64,000 nucleotides of DNA. Origin: Amoeboaphelidium protococcarum X5 (Eukaryota > Fungi > Aphelidiomycota). The notes beneath the pieces are model-generated. The model had not been told where the DNA came from, did no database searches, and saw nothing but the letters and a program-made list of their open reading frames with translations. The position numbers and the translations under genes were made by a program. The stretch is from NCBI GenBank assembly GCA_023515725.1, contig JALDTO010000213.1, forward strand, positions 1-64,000. The letters run 5' to 3'. Each line of letters opens with the position of its first letter. Position 1 is the first letter of the stretch. Positions 13,959-26,796 of this stretch are shown here, in pieces.

Positions 13959-15527
13959 ATGACTGACCAAGCGGTGTAAGGAAAAGTTTTGATTGAAGAA
14001 GACGTACTTGAAGACGATACTGTAGAACAACAATAACAAAGCTAACCACTAGCACCTACGTGTCATATTCCTCAATCGAAAGCCGTGATTAAGCAGCACC
14101 GAAAATGCGTAACTGCCCTCAGTTTCACACCGCAAGGTAACCATCTGATTACGGGATCTCGGGATTATAGTGTCCATCTGTACGATTTCAATCAAATGGA
14201 CCAGTCGCTGTAATCTTAGCGGTAGGTATATCCTTGGGATGGGTACCACATTCATGATTTATAATTTAATCGGAAGGGACATGCGTTCATCTGCTGCAGC
14301 GGAGCTTCCAGTGTTAGGCTGTTTAATCGCGATGGCTCAGAGCTAGTTGAGTTCTAGAGTGGTGATATGTATTTGAAGAATTTGAAGCGATGCTCTGGTC
14401 ATATTTCTGCTGTATCTCAATGCTTATGGAGTCCACATGACGAGAGCGTATTCGCCACCGGGTCCACAGATTCCACTATACGTATATGGAGTGTGGAGTA
14501 GAAGCGATAGAGTAAGGAGTGTTATGAGTTGCCCAGTAAGAAGAACCACTCCATTGGTAGACTTGATAACGCGGTCAACTCAATCTGCTTTAAAGATGCG
14601 AGCGGTAACATAGTGATGGGTGCAGGATAATTGAATGGATCTATATTTGGCTTTGATAGACGGACACCTCATATGAGGCCCTGTATATCGATTGAGAATG
14701 CGCACACACCTGGCAATGAGATTTGCAGTATACTCACTGTGAATAAAGATTCCGATACGCTATTATTGAGCAGGTGCACTGATGGATCATTAAAATCTTT
14801 TGATTTACGCGATTAAAAGCAGTGCTTGAGTGAAGTGAATGATTTATCGTGTTCGTTCCCAGAAGCCAACATTATCACTGATCCTACTGAATAGTATGTT
14901 CTAGTTCCCGTATCTGGCGATTCGAGATAAGGAATTTCCGGGTCTATTTCTATTCATGCGATATCCGATTTCTCTTTGGTTGATACAATCTCTGATTTTA
15001 ATAGTTCAGTGGTGCGATTGTGTTGGAATGAATAATCTAACCAACTCGCTGTGGGATGCAGCGATGGTTCAGTATCTATTTTGTATGACGATGATGAGCA
15101 ATAGAATGATGGTTCTACCTAACATAAATAGACAAGCAAGCAGTACAAGTAGGTTGGAATTCTGAAAGCATTGCATAAATCTGTGAAGAAGAAAGCGTAA
15201 GAAGACTATGATCCTCATCAAACAATTTACACTCCCGATGATAATGGCTTCTTTCGAGAGCATAATGACTGGAGAAAAGAGAAGAGGAAACAGAAGATGC
15301 TGGAGCGTTAGGAGCAGAATAAGATTAGAAAACTTAATGAGGCTGCATTATTACCGAAAGGCTTCGTTCCATCCAAGAAGATTAATCTCATGCAAGATCC
15401 GGACCAAGGTTCTTCAACGCGTTAATAGTCTGGATCATCATCAAAATATATAGCAGAAGATCCGCGCAAAGAGCTGTGGAAGTATTCTAAATAAGAGGAT
15501 GAGGATGATAATACTGACGACCTGTGA
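13959..15527 (+). CDS. WDR70: WD40 protein WDR70 (522 aa)
   Basis: LITGSRDYSVHLYDFNQM, SGDMYLKNLKRCSGH, FATGSTDSTIRIW, C-terminal EDPRKELWKY. Confidence 0.85.
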
Positions 15528-15666
15528 ATACAAAGAATGAATTCAATAATATGTAGAGAAATTTGCGTGATAATAGCATGTGAGTTTAGTATTTTGCTTT
15601 TCATGTATTCTTAGTCGCTCCCTAGTGGCCGTTCATCAAATGTCCAGTCGATCGATAGAAGTGACT

Positions 15667-17214
15667 TCAGACGTTTGGAGATATCATGAAAGATACCAGA
15701 TCAAACTTGGTGACAATATGCTTCACTGCTCCATTACCGCTGGCATCTTCGGTGACTATAGCAGAGCTGTGTTTGTCAAAAAACTTGATCATGTCCACCA
15801 GAGGTGTCTCTGGAGTCACCGGTACAAATCCATTAGATTTGTCAACTTTGTACATGACTTTACTCACCGCATCGCCAAGAGTTGCACGTCCATGGCTGAC
15901 TTTAGATAAAATATTGCCCAGAGTGACTAGACCGAGAACTTTACCATCTTTCGAGTCAATGACAGGCACCTGGTCAAAGTTTTTCGTTTTCATAATCTTG
16001 GCAGCCTCCTAACAGCTGGTGGAAGAGTTGACACAGACAGCTTGTGGCAGATTCAAATCTTTAATCTTGGCCGGTCCAAACTAGAACATTGTCTCCTTAG
16101 TGAGCGGGCTGAGAGGTTCTTCAATGTAAGAGCTGGCAGACTCCATATTGATAAATTTGTTATTCGCCATCCAAGTATCATTAAGAAACTTGCTCATATA
16201 ATTTCTAACAGAGTCAGCAAACAGGACTACGGCGACAAAATCTTTATCACCAGCGCGACCATACTCTTTGATAGCCCTCATAGCTCCGTCCATTGCAGAT
16301 CCACTAGAGCCACCACACAGAATACCCTCCTCACGAATCAGACGGCGACTGTACGCAAACGAATCCTTGTCATTAGATTTGTACCATTTATCAACAACTG
16401 ATCTGTCCAGTACGCGTGGTATAAAGTCATATCCAATACCTTCAACCTTGTACGAGGCAACGGATGAGTTCAGAGACTCTGGCAAGGCCAAGATACTTCC
16501 ATGCGGATCAACGCCAACAACGATGCACTTTGGGCACTTTTCACGCAACTTCCTACCAATACCAGCAATAGTTCCACCGGTACCGGCACCGCAGATGAAC
16601 ATATCAATCTTGCCACCACATGCAGCCAGAATCTCTTCGGCAGTGCCATCATAATGCGCCAGCGGATTGTAAGGATTTGAATACTGATCCAGTATGACAG
16701 AATTTGGAATTTCCTTATTCAACTTCTAAGCCACAGAAATATGACTCTCCGGACTATCGAACGCTGCCTCAGTTGGTGTACGAACAATCTCTGCACCGAG
16801 AGCCTTCAGAACGTCCACCTTCTCCTGGGACATCTTCTCCGGCATAGTGATGATCGCTCTATATCCTTTCACCGCCGCGCACAAAGCCAATCCAATACCA
16901 GTGTTACCCGATGTTGGCTCAATGATTGTGTACCCAGGCTTAAGTCTACCATCGCGCTCAGCCTCTTCCACCATTCGCTTTGCAATTCTATCCTTCACCG
17001 AGCCACCAGCATTAAAGAAATCACACTTAGCGTACACTTGACACTGGACTCCCTCTGATTGTGGAATCTTGTTCAACTTTACCAGCGGGGTGTTGCCGAT
17101 GTGATCAAGAATGGTGTCACAAACCTGGGCCTTTTTCGAGTTTGCGCAATCCATCACTTGGTGCCTATGCGGATCCTTCTCCGTAGTCGTGTTGGGAGAC
17201 CAAGTGCAAGTCAT
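15667..17214 (-). CDS. CBS: Cystathionine beta-synthase with N-terminal heme motif and C-terminal CBS domains (515 aa)
   Basis: [51 protein letters not shown]; N-terminus [14 protein letters not shown]. Confidence 0.95.
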
Positions 17215-17385
17215 ATCGCTGCTTATCCTTAGATAATTATTAAATAGTTGATAAACCGGGATGAATAAGCAACCACAGTAAGAAGTATGAGAAGTTCTGT
17301 GAGAAACAATCGGCAAATCAGGAACGGCTAACTTTTTTCAAACTTTTTTTCTCAATTTCTTCCGACAGTCGTGTTGACGAGAGCG

Positions 17386-17416
17386 GAGAGAGAGAGAGAG
17401 AGAGATTGAGAGAGAG
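17386..17416. repeat. (GA)n microsatellite in the CBS / 5-phosphatase divergent intergenic region
   Basis: Run of GA dinucleotides. Confidence 0.7.
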
Positions 17417-17637
17417 CGATGAACCAACAGCAACAACAAAAGAAGATTGATCAAGATCGCCCGTCTCTCTCAGTCGCTTTTGCCTTTGTTGACGGATCTC
17501 ACTGTTTGTGAAGAGGGAGAAGCTGAAAATTAGATTTTGCATCGCATTGTCCACTGAACAGTTCCTTCCTACTTTCACTCTCTATTAATACATTCCTATT
17601 ATTAGGAGTAATCATTACATAGTTAATTTTTTATGAG

Positions 17638-19098
17638 ATGGATATTTTGAAAGATAAAGTTTTGAGAGATGGACGGTAGCGGTGGATAGATCGAGAGTTG
17701 AGAAAGAGGGAAGATATGTATACATCGCATGCTGAGTTGAATGTGTTCATCGGAACTTGGAATGTGAATGATAAATTGTGCAAAGACAGTCTCCGGACAT
17801 GGCTTAGTGAGCAGTCTGATATCTATGTGATTGGCCTACAGGAGATGGACATGTCGACTGAAAGTGTCCTACTGACAGAGACTCCGAAATAGCTTCAATG
17901 GCTCTCCCTTATCACGTCTAATCTACCCAGAAAATCTAAGCTCTTGGTCTCTAAATAACTAGGAGGGTTATTTTTAATGATATTCCAGAGTGCGCATTGT
18001 AAATTGAATGTCGATAAACAGTTTGTGATTGATGTAAAAAGCACCGGAGTAATGTCACTGGCGAATAAAGGCAGCATAGGCGCCGTGATTAGAATTGAAG
18101 GTTCCACTCTGTGCTTTATTAATAGTCATTTCGCTGCAGATACAAATATGCTGGAGCGGCGTAATTGGGAGTATTAGGAGAGCAGGAGTAAACTGTTTAA
18201 TGGCAAGATGGATGTTTGTGATTATGTTTTCTGGTTTGGTGATTTAAATTATAGAATTAATCTGCCTCATGATCAGGTCAAGTAATTGCTCATGGATACT
18301 GATGGTAATAATAATTTTTAGGAGTTGCTCTATCACGATCAATTGCGAATTGAGATTGAACGAGGTGGAGCATTCAAGGATTTCACAGAGCGGGATATTC
18401 AGTTCTAGCCATCTTATAAATATGATCCCGGAACTAATATTTATGATTCTACAGAGAAGATGCGTACACCTTCATGGTGTGATAGAATATTGTACAGGGT
18501 CAGAGATAAGAATAAGCTGCAAGTTCTTTTATACGATGTGGATATGAATATGAAAATATCTGATCATAAACCGGTGAAGGCCTTCTTTCGACTTTAATAA
18601 ATCAAAGTGCCAGATCCCGTAAAGAAGCAGGAAGTTGTGTGGGAACTTATGAAGTTGCTGGACAAGTATGAGAATGATGCCATACCTGACGTGTCAATAA
18701 GCTCTCACTCTGTCGAATTTAATGATCTCTCGCTATTTAATGGAAATGCACTGCAAGATGGATCTTCTCTTACCAAAGTTATTGAAGTCAAGAATGTCGG
18801 AAGATCACTGGCTAAGCTGAAATTTATTCCATCCCATTAGAACTCAATTGTATGCCCTAAATTCTTGAAGATTAATGCACTGGACTTCTCGATAATGCCA
18901 GGAGATTCCTTTAATGTGGAAATCACGCTGGCTGTTGACTCTCACACTCTCTCAGAGATGAACGCGTCAAAGAATTATACTCTGGATCGAATACTAATAC
19001 TTCATGTGGAGAATGGGAAAGATATGTTTATCAGTGTGCTGGTGAATTGCAAATCCTCTAGCAATACTAGACCAATCAGTCAACCTTCTAGCGTATGA
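17638..19098 (+). CDS. OCRL: OCRL/INPP5B-like inositol polyphosphate 5-phosphatase plus ASH domain (486 aa)
   Basis: FIGTWNVN, IGLQE, ANKGSIG, FWFGDLNYRI, PSYKY, TPSWCDRILY, SDHKPV, LDKYENDAIP, ILILHVENGKDMFISV. Confidence 0.85.
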
Positions 19099-19195
19099 TG
19101 TTTATTTAAATGTATAAATGCATTATTTCAGCAATAGAATAGTTTATTAAAAATTTGAATAATTTCATTTTATATAAAATGATATTGACATTATA

Positions 19196-19570
19196 TCACC
19201 TGTCAGTTATGGACTTTATGGACGCGTTTGTCAATAAAAGTATACCGTTTTGCATGTAACCATTTTGAATTGTGATGAATTGACCCTGCTTCAGGTCATT
19301 ACTTAACAGTCTGCATCGTTCCAATTCTGCAGCTTTGATTTCCTATCTACCATCACTAAGCACTAGCATATACAGAGGATTTTTGACTTTTGCATTTCCG
19401 AACTTTTATGCATTATCGTCTTCTTTATCATCGGGCACATCATGCTGAGTATTGGCGTTGTATGGTTTGGTTATATCTTTCACACTTTTGATTTAGAGCT
19501 TCACCAGTGCATTTCCACCTTGATCTTTAAGAATTGACTTGTGAAGTTTATTGGCATTACTCGACAGCAT
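19196..19570 (-). CDS. Small RMI1-like OB-fold protein (124 aa)
   Basis: LQIKSVKDITKP...LYMLVLSDGRQEIKAAELERCRLLSNDLKQGQFITI..NGILLLT resembles the RMI1/TDRD3 N-terminal OB fold. Confidence 0.6.
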
Positions 19571-19688
19571 ACTTAATCGTGGTGACTCAGTTCAGCAGGG
19601 TGACGATAATCTAACACTCGAATGAAAAACAGTTGAAACAAAAGTACTCCGAAGAACATTAAGAACAAAAGATAGATAGTCATCATCT

Positions 19689-20309
19689 TCAATTATCAAT
19701 CAAATGAGAAGTGTCATTCCATTTAATTACAGAGAGAATATAGTCGTATTGAGAGCGAGGGGAGACTTTGAACTAGAAATGCGACCCATTCTTGGGAAGA
19801 GTAACAATGTCGTTGTACTAGCGCGTTATGTCATCGTTAGGGGAGATGCGCGCCTACACAGACATTGCAGACAAGTATTGTTTAATCAAACCTCCGTGAG
19901 TGAAAATAACAACGTCATCCACTCTCTGTCTAAATCCATCTTGAACATACGAATCGATTGAACTTTTGGATCGGGAGGAAAACTGTTCCCACGTCTCGCC
20001 ATCATTCTCATTTACAAGTGCAGAGTATTCCAGTCCTTGTAATCTTCCAAAATATTTGTCGCGAAGTCTTTAATCAAATTTCACAAGATGATACAGATGA
20101 CGTGGCATTGCATGTAAACAAGTATTTTTACACCGTGAAAGATCGCTTGAAGCAATCAGCAGTCGATCTCCGGCAGCCCATTCAATAATATTCTTCATCC
20201 TTGAAGCTTAAATTAACCCAGTATCAGACAGTGGGATATCCAAATGTCCCTGAATAATCTTTTTTGCATTAAACGCCGTCTCAGTATGCCGTATTAAACT
20301 TAACCTCAT
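19689..20309 (-). CDS. Histidine phosphatase / phosphoglycerate mutase family protein (206 aa)
   Basis: MRLSLIRHTETAFN..IIQGHLDIPLSDTG..SSDLSRC..FGRLQG..GETW..FTHGGLI. Confidence 0.85.
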
Positions 20310-20482
20310 CTGAAATCCTTATCTTGATGCATAAACTCACATACGGTGCGCGCGCCAAAAGGATCTCTGAATCTCTTTCAAATCTTGAAAACATTTTCAT
20401 CTTCGTTCCTTTCTTTCCAAGTGTCATAGTGACGACATTTAAACACTCGCAATAGAATTAGATCCTCTTTAGATTTATCAAA

Positions 20483-20683
20483 ATGCCTTTGGTTAGAATT
20501 TCATCTGGTACTAGTTAGGTTGTGAGAATGAATTACCTCCCTAAGTTGTTGGGCTGGTCTGTGGCTTTGGGCTCCGGTGTGCTGTACATGGGAGAGTGCA
20601 TTCCTAGATTGAAGAAGGACATCTTTTACAACATCCCACTCATTGGCAACAACTGGGAAGAGTACAAGGATTGGAAAATCTGA
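20483..20683 (+). CDS. QCR10: Cytochrome bc1 complex subunit 10 (66 aa)
   Basis: LPKLLGWSVALGSGVLYMGECIPRLKKDIFYNIPLIGNNW. Confidence 0.75.
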
Positions 20684-20801
20684 AGATTAATTGCAAAAAA
20701 TACTGATAATATATATAAGAGTATCTCAGTAATATGCACACTCTTATAATCATTTAAAGAATCAAGTTTTAATCTCTCTCGCTCACTGGTACCTTTAATC
20801 A

Positions 20802-21662
20802 TCAATTGGATCCCATAATCTTTTCAAATTCAGAGTAGAGCAGCGGGTACTTTAGGCCAATAATCTCATACACGTTCTATAGTGTAATTGAGGAGGATTA
20901 CTATCGCTGGTTGTATTTCTTCACATTGTTATACAAATCAGTATACTCTTGATAAGACAGAATCTTTTTCAAGTGCTTAAAGAATTCCCTCGCGTCGACA
21001 GAGCTCACTTGCTTCTACTGTTATGAGTATTACTATTACTACTGTTAATCACGATCAAATACAGTTCTTCTAGAGGCAGATGTTGGTGATCTTACATCAT
21101 TTATATTCACATCTTGACCAAAGTCTGCCGGGAAATTACTATTATTATTATTATTATCAATGTTGTTATTGTTATTATTCAGATTCAGAGTCCTATTATT
21201 AAGTGCAGTACTAAATCTGAAGGTGTTGGATTAGTCTCGGAGTATTGATGTAGCATTGCCAGCAAGTTCATGCCCAGCTTATGACTTTATAAACGGTTAA
21301 TAACTCACAGACCGCCCACCCTACACCGTATGAAGGTGATGTGAGGAGTGAGGGAGGGAGAACTCTGGCGGAACCTCGAGGCCACTTTCAGAGAACGATT
21401 AGAGCACTGTTGAGCGAAATTGATTTAACTTGTTCAGATTCTTGTTTAAATCAGTCAATTTCTAATTCAGCTCCAGATTCTCATCAACCAGCTACTTATT
21501 CTATCGCTACAAATCTTCTATCAAAGCTCGGTGCCTGGCATTCTCTCCACGCAGCGAAACAACCTCCGTCTCTTTCTATGCCAGTCGCTTGCTGTAAGCC
21601 TCCCTAATCAATCGCACTCCAGCCTCAAACTCATTATTATCGCCTCCATTTTAGGTATTCAT
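20802..21662 (-). CDS. Coiled-coil protein with At4g15545/NAIP-like C-terminal domain (286 aa)
   Basis: N-terminal coiled coil ending KLNQFRSTVLQSF; C-terminus VDAREFFKHLKKILSYQEY..VKKYN..YEIIG..LYSEFEKIM. Confidence 0.65.
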
Positions 21663-21962
21663 AACTCCGCTCTATACTTCATACCGATGACTACTACTCA
21701 TCGTTCGTATTACTTCTAAGTACTATGGGCTGCGGTAAGTCCAAGTTGTTCAAACTTTTGTTTCACTGTAACTTAGAAAGAGACGTTGTTTCAGTGGAGT
21801 TTAGCTTGAAAGAGAGAGAGAGTCAGAAAGTAATGTTAAGGCAGGGACACCTAACTAAATCAAGACAAGACACAACGGTAATTACAATACACGAAAAAAT
21901 ACGAAACTAGCACAATTTATTTCAAGGCATCATTTTATGGTTATATATACAATGCAAAAAAT

Positions 21963-22349
21963 TCAATCTGAGGCAGTTACCCACGGCTTTCTATCCATCG
22001 GACATTGCTGTTGCGATGATGGAGAAGCGATCCATTTCAATAAGCAATGCATATGAAAGCAATGCTTACACTGACCCACAACTACATTTAAATGAATATT
22101 TAAGAATCAATGTCTTCTATACCGGGAAACTCAATGTAAACTTACTCAAAGGACAGTCATCACCAGGGAATCGACATTACGGACATGCTGAATCATACGG
22201 ACTTCTGCAAATTCCACAAATATCTTCATTAGGTACATCCCATTTCCACTTGGCAACAGCATTCCAATCTACATTATATTGTACTAAGTGAATACACTAC
22301 TAATTTCAATGAGCATCGTACTCTTTATTGTAACTTGCAATCGCGTCAT
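21963..22349 (-). CDS. APC11: Anaphase-promoting complex RING subunit Apc11, 2 introns
   Basis: MTRLQVTIK^NWNAVAKWKW..DICGICR..CPQCRFPGDDCPL^IVGQCKHCFHMHCLLKW..CPMDR. Confidence 0.9.
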
Positions 22350-22568
22350 CACGCTTCTCTTCTTCTTGTATGCGACTGATCTGCTACAAGAGCGAGGAAA
22401 CTTTCTTCAGCCAAACTCTCTCTTTACTTTGTTGTTGAGATATCACCCTCAAAGTATTGCGTATTGGTGGATAGTTTACTTACTTCTTTATATAGCGTAC
22501 GCTTCTTGAGAATTCAGAATACATTTTACTAGAGCTGTAATCAACTGAATATTAATAATAATAATAAA

Positions 22569-22826
22569 ATGTCAGCGCTATTTCCGTAGAATAAATGGGA
22601 CGGTCCTCGATTTAAAGATCCTTGGTATAGAGCTGAGGAGTGGAGATACAAACACCCGTTGGTGGCGAGCAAATTCACATGGAGATAATTGCTTCCTGGA
22701 TTTGGATATGCTAGTGCTGCGTTCGCTGTATATTGTGTGGCTGATTACTTTCTATTTGCAGATAAGCACGGTCATCATGGGCACTCGCATAGTAATGGGA
22801 AGTAGTCTCATGGAGAGAAGCATTGA
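22569..22826 (+). CDS. NDUFB3: Complex I subunit NDUFB3/B12 (85 aa)
   Basis: KDPWYRAEEWRY..LLPGFGYASAAFAVY, His-rich tail. Confidence 0.8.
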
Positions 22827-22985
22827 AAACTATTATTATACTGAAAAATACATCTAATTCAATGTAGAAAGGTTTTAAACTTGTAGTCTTTGATCTATAC
22901 GTATATATTTTTATATTGCTTGAGAAGCAAAGAAGTCATATAATGTTAATAGTGGTTTATAGATGGGTTAGCGGTAGAGTAAAGC

Positions 22986-23710
22986 TCACAACTTGAATGA
23001 GTCGTTGTTAGAGGCAGATGAAGGCTGTGGTTGATGGCCGTACTTTTCTGCTTATCGAAGTTTTTACGCGCTTCCTGTAAGAATTGGTATCTACATATTT
23101 CGAATACGTTTTATACGATGGTATGAGCACATGAGGGTGTAAGTTCTGCGGTAGTAGTATCGAAAACTTACCCATTATCTCGGATTCGCTGGATTCATCA
23201 CCCAGTCCATGTCTGATAAGTTAGGCTTCAAACTGAACAACATATTGAACTGCCCAGTGCGCATTATACTCCCACCATCTTTCTTCACATACACTGATAT
23301 CTGATCTTTGAACAGCCTAGTGCGGCCACCACTTATTCGCACCATATCCATGTGTTTAAATGCAAGTCCGGCCTCACCAACCAGGTACAAAGTGACACTT
23401 CCCGACGCGTCACTCAACGTGAACTGGTAGAACTCCAAATCTTGGCCACCTTTACTAGCTTCCTACTTCACATCAGTTATTATACCACACAATTACAAGC
23501 TAGTCATATTCGGCCTAACATGCGCTACACTAACAATGATGAGTATATACGTAAAATTTAAATCAAAAGTGTGAATAAATCAATTCTGATATTGCGAGAC
23601 GTACCTATGGGTATGCCATAATCAGGCTGCCAGTCTCCAGCAACAGGCATAGGTATCCGCAAGTCTTCCGGGATAAAGGAAAAAACTTTTTAATAATTGG
23701 GATGTGACAT
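22986..23710 (-). CDS. NABP: SOSS-B / hSSB1-like single-stranded DNA-binding OB protein, 1-2 introns
   Basis: FTLSDASGSVTLYL..DMVRISGG..GGSIMRTGQFNMLFSLKPNLSDMDW. Confidence 0.75.
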
Positions 23711-23906
23711 TTAATACAGTAAATAACAGCTCTATGGAAGGAGAAATATTTAGAGAATTAAAGAGTCGATACTAGTTATACCGTAAAATTGAGAAATTTT
23801 AACAATCTTGATCGAAAACTCAATAAAAAATTCCCATCTTCTCTCGCCAAGTCAACAATAAGCCGGTCGCTGCATTTATTAAATAGCGCGGTAGTTGTAG
23901 ACGCTG

Positions 23907-25127
23907 ATGATGTAGCTCTTCATTGTCTTTGCGCTGATTTTACTTCTATAGCTATGCCATTCAAGGCTGTTGGATATTTGTAGCCATAATCTGAAGAATT
24001 TCGGAATCTCCAAGGCATAATCATATGATGGTCGCCTGTTGCAAGTTGTGATTGATGAGATCCTGGACTGCGACGTGTTTATAGCGCAAGAGATTCAGGA
24101 TGTCAGCTTTCAGGTGATCAATCTAATGCTGGCTCGTCTAAGCGAACGATCTGGAGATGAGCCGTACAATATAGCGATTAGCCCTCAGCTGGGAGAGGGA
24201 GGTTATCAAGAATAGATGATCGTATTTTATAGAAGTAAATCAGTGCAATACCTGCTTGGTAAAGAAGTGAAGACTGCAGGTGTCAAGAGAAATCCTTACG
24301 CGATTGTATTTGAAGCGCGTCCAGACGCTCGTGAGTTACAGTAACAACGGAAGCAGCAGAATGGATGGAGCAGAATTTTTAACTTTGGCAGGAAAAAGAT
24401 GCGTAAACCATTTCGCTTTATGCTACTTACTACGCACGTCTCTCCAAAAGATGCTCCCGAAGAGCTGCGATCTCTGTCTTTTCGGTACATGAATATTTTG
24501 CGTAGTGGTCTTGCCTCTGATCTGTCTAACATTGTTCTTATTGGAGATCTTAACGCTGATGCGCCTTATTTGACCATTGCTGATAAATCTAAAATTCCTT
24601 TATTTGATCCTGCCAAATATAATAACATTATCATTGGTGACAACTCAATGACAAAGGAGAATGTGCCGAAAATGCTGGACCGCGCCTTTAGTCACAAATT
24701 ACTTGAGGAGTCGATTGTTCCTCTGTCTGGACATGTGGTAAGGATTGGATCCCGTGATTTTGATTACGTTCGTATGAGGGGACTTACCGCAGAGTAAATT
24801 AGTGATCACTACGCGATAAGATTTTAATTGGACACTTCTAAAGTGATTGAAGGAACTCTCGTGGATCAGGCAAATGATCTCAATATGGCATTTGCTGATA
24901 TGGGGTTGAGTGAAGCTGTTGAACAGCGATCTCGCTCTATTGTTGTTAATCGCGATATGACAGCTTTTAAAAACAAGAATAAGCCTATGAAGCGTGATGT
25001 TGCTGCGCAAGCATTGCCTAGAGTTCCAGGGAAATTTCAGATACCTCATTCGCAAACTTTAAATCGACGATTCAATTCAAGAGTGTTTGGCTAAAGTAGC
25101 GCTATGCCTAAAATAATGACTCTATGA
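23907..25127 (+). CDS. Secreted DNase I-family (EEP) nuclease, copy 1 (406 aa)
   Basis: Signal peptide MMQLFIVFALILLLQLCHS; HNLKNFG, AQEIQD, YQEQ, RNPY, TTHVSP, GDLNAD, LDR, ISDHYA. Confidence 0.85.
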
Positions 25128-25338
25128 AATCAATTGAATTTTGCAATCTTTATGTTCAATATTCCCATTTTCCTGCTCCATGACAGTTAAATCTGAGCCA
25201 TAGTGTGCAGTAATTGTGTGGCGTTTGTGAAACTAATCGATTTACGGGGCGAGTGTGGCGCATACCAAACAAAGTATTGATTATCGCAGTACTAAGCATC
25301 TTTTCACATCTCAAATTGAACCTTACTTAACTAATAGT

Positions 25339-26757
25339 ATGCAAGTCGTACGTGTTGTTGTGAGTCTCCTGGTCGCTATCGCTGCCGTATGTGCTAGTCA
25401 CATTAAAGTTTGTAGTCATAATCTACAGCGCTTTGGGCCATTGAAAGTTCAATAATATGATGGGAAGATCTTATCTGTGATTCTGCAAGAGATTGCCTCA
25501 TGTGATATCTTTATAGCTCTGGAGATGACTGATTTATCATAAAAGTCTTATCAGATCTTGCAATAGCAGCTTTATAACCGCTATAGAAAGTTGAAGTTTC
25601 TCTCAATATTGAGTCCTACGGTTGGTAGTGGACGATACACGGAGCAGGTTGCCGTATTCTACCGCGCGGATAAAGTTGAACTAATTGGCAGCGCAGAGTT
25701 GTAAATTGAAGACGCGAATCGAAATCCGTATGCTGTACAGTTCCAAGTTAAGTAAGGTTTTTGGTTTCCCGTGTACTTTAAGTTTATGCTCATCTGCGTG
25801 CATACCAGTCCAGACAATGTCCCGAAAGAGATGAAAGGACTGGAACAGCGATACTCATCTCTACTCAATCAAGAGGCGTTCAATGACTACTCATCCATAG
25901 TGGTCGTCGGGGATCTTAATGCTGATACGCCGAGTCTTACAGTGGAGGATAAAAAATCTTTGCAGATGTTCGACACGGACAAGTATTATGAGATTATAAC
26001 GGATGGCGGGTCGACAATGACGCAAGGCGCGACTGTGAAGAAGTATGACCGTGCTTTCACTCACTAAGTGTTCAAGCACTCAATAGTACCTCAGTCAGGC
26101 CGAGTGATGCGCATCGGATCACCTGAAGTCCGCGGCATAAATATGCATAGTTTGTATCCTAGAATGATTAGTGATCATTATGCTATAATGTTTACTCTGG
26201 ATACCTCTAAGGTGATTCGCGATGTGCGGAAGGATATGGAAGTCTACAAGCAGGTCATAAAGGCTAAGAAGGCTGAGGAGCTGCGTCAATTGCGCTTGCT
26301 ATAGAAATAGGCTTAACAGTAGGCCAAACTGCAGTTAAAGAAGTTGGAAGATTTGTAAAAGTTGAAATAGCGTCCGTAGTAAGTACCACAATCGTCTAGA
26401 TAAGCTGAACGCTAAAGTATAGTTCCTGAGTTGGTTGACCCAATACTTGAAGCCATGCCAGTCGCTCCAATGAAGTAGTAGAGCATTAGCAAAAGTAAAT
26501 CCGCGCCGAAAGCCCGTCCTTAAAATAATTTGAAGCCTGTCATCAAGCCTATGAAGCCAATGAAATAAGATCAATCTTCGTAAAGAGAGAAGAGAAGACG
26601 AAATCGCCCTGTTAGTTATGCCGATGACGATGATATATCAATTGGAGACGACGCTGAATATGAGAGAAATGGTAACTTGAGAAAGGGTACTAAAAATGAT
26701 CCAGATTTTGATTTAGACGAAGTTGAATATATGGATTAAGGATATCAGTCCGAATGA
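25339..26757 (+). CDS. Secreted DNase I-family (EEP) nuclease, copy 2, with long basic then acidic C-terminal tail (472 aa)
   Basis: Signal peptide MQVVRVVVSLLVAIAAVCAS; HNLQRFG, ALEMTD, YTEQ, RNPY, CVHTSP, GDLNAD, YDR, ISDHYA. Confidence 0.85.
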
Positions 26758-26796
26758 GGCAAATCAATGCATAATGAATATATTCAGTAAGAGCAT

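Noticed and set aside
15580-17058. Long plus-strand ORFs overlapping CBS (similar cases over NOP56, TOM1 and PUF)
   Set aside because: Antisense shadows of conserved genes with no recognisable motifs.
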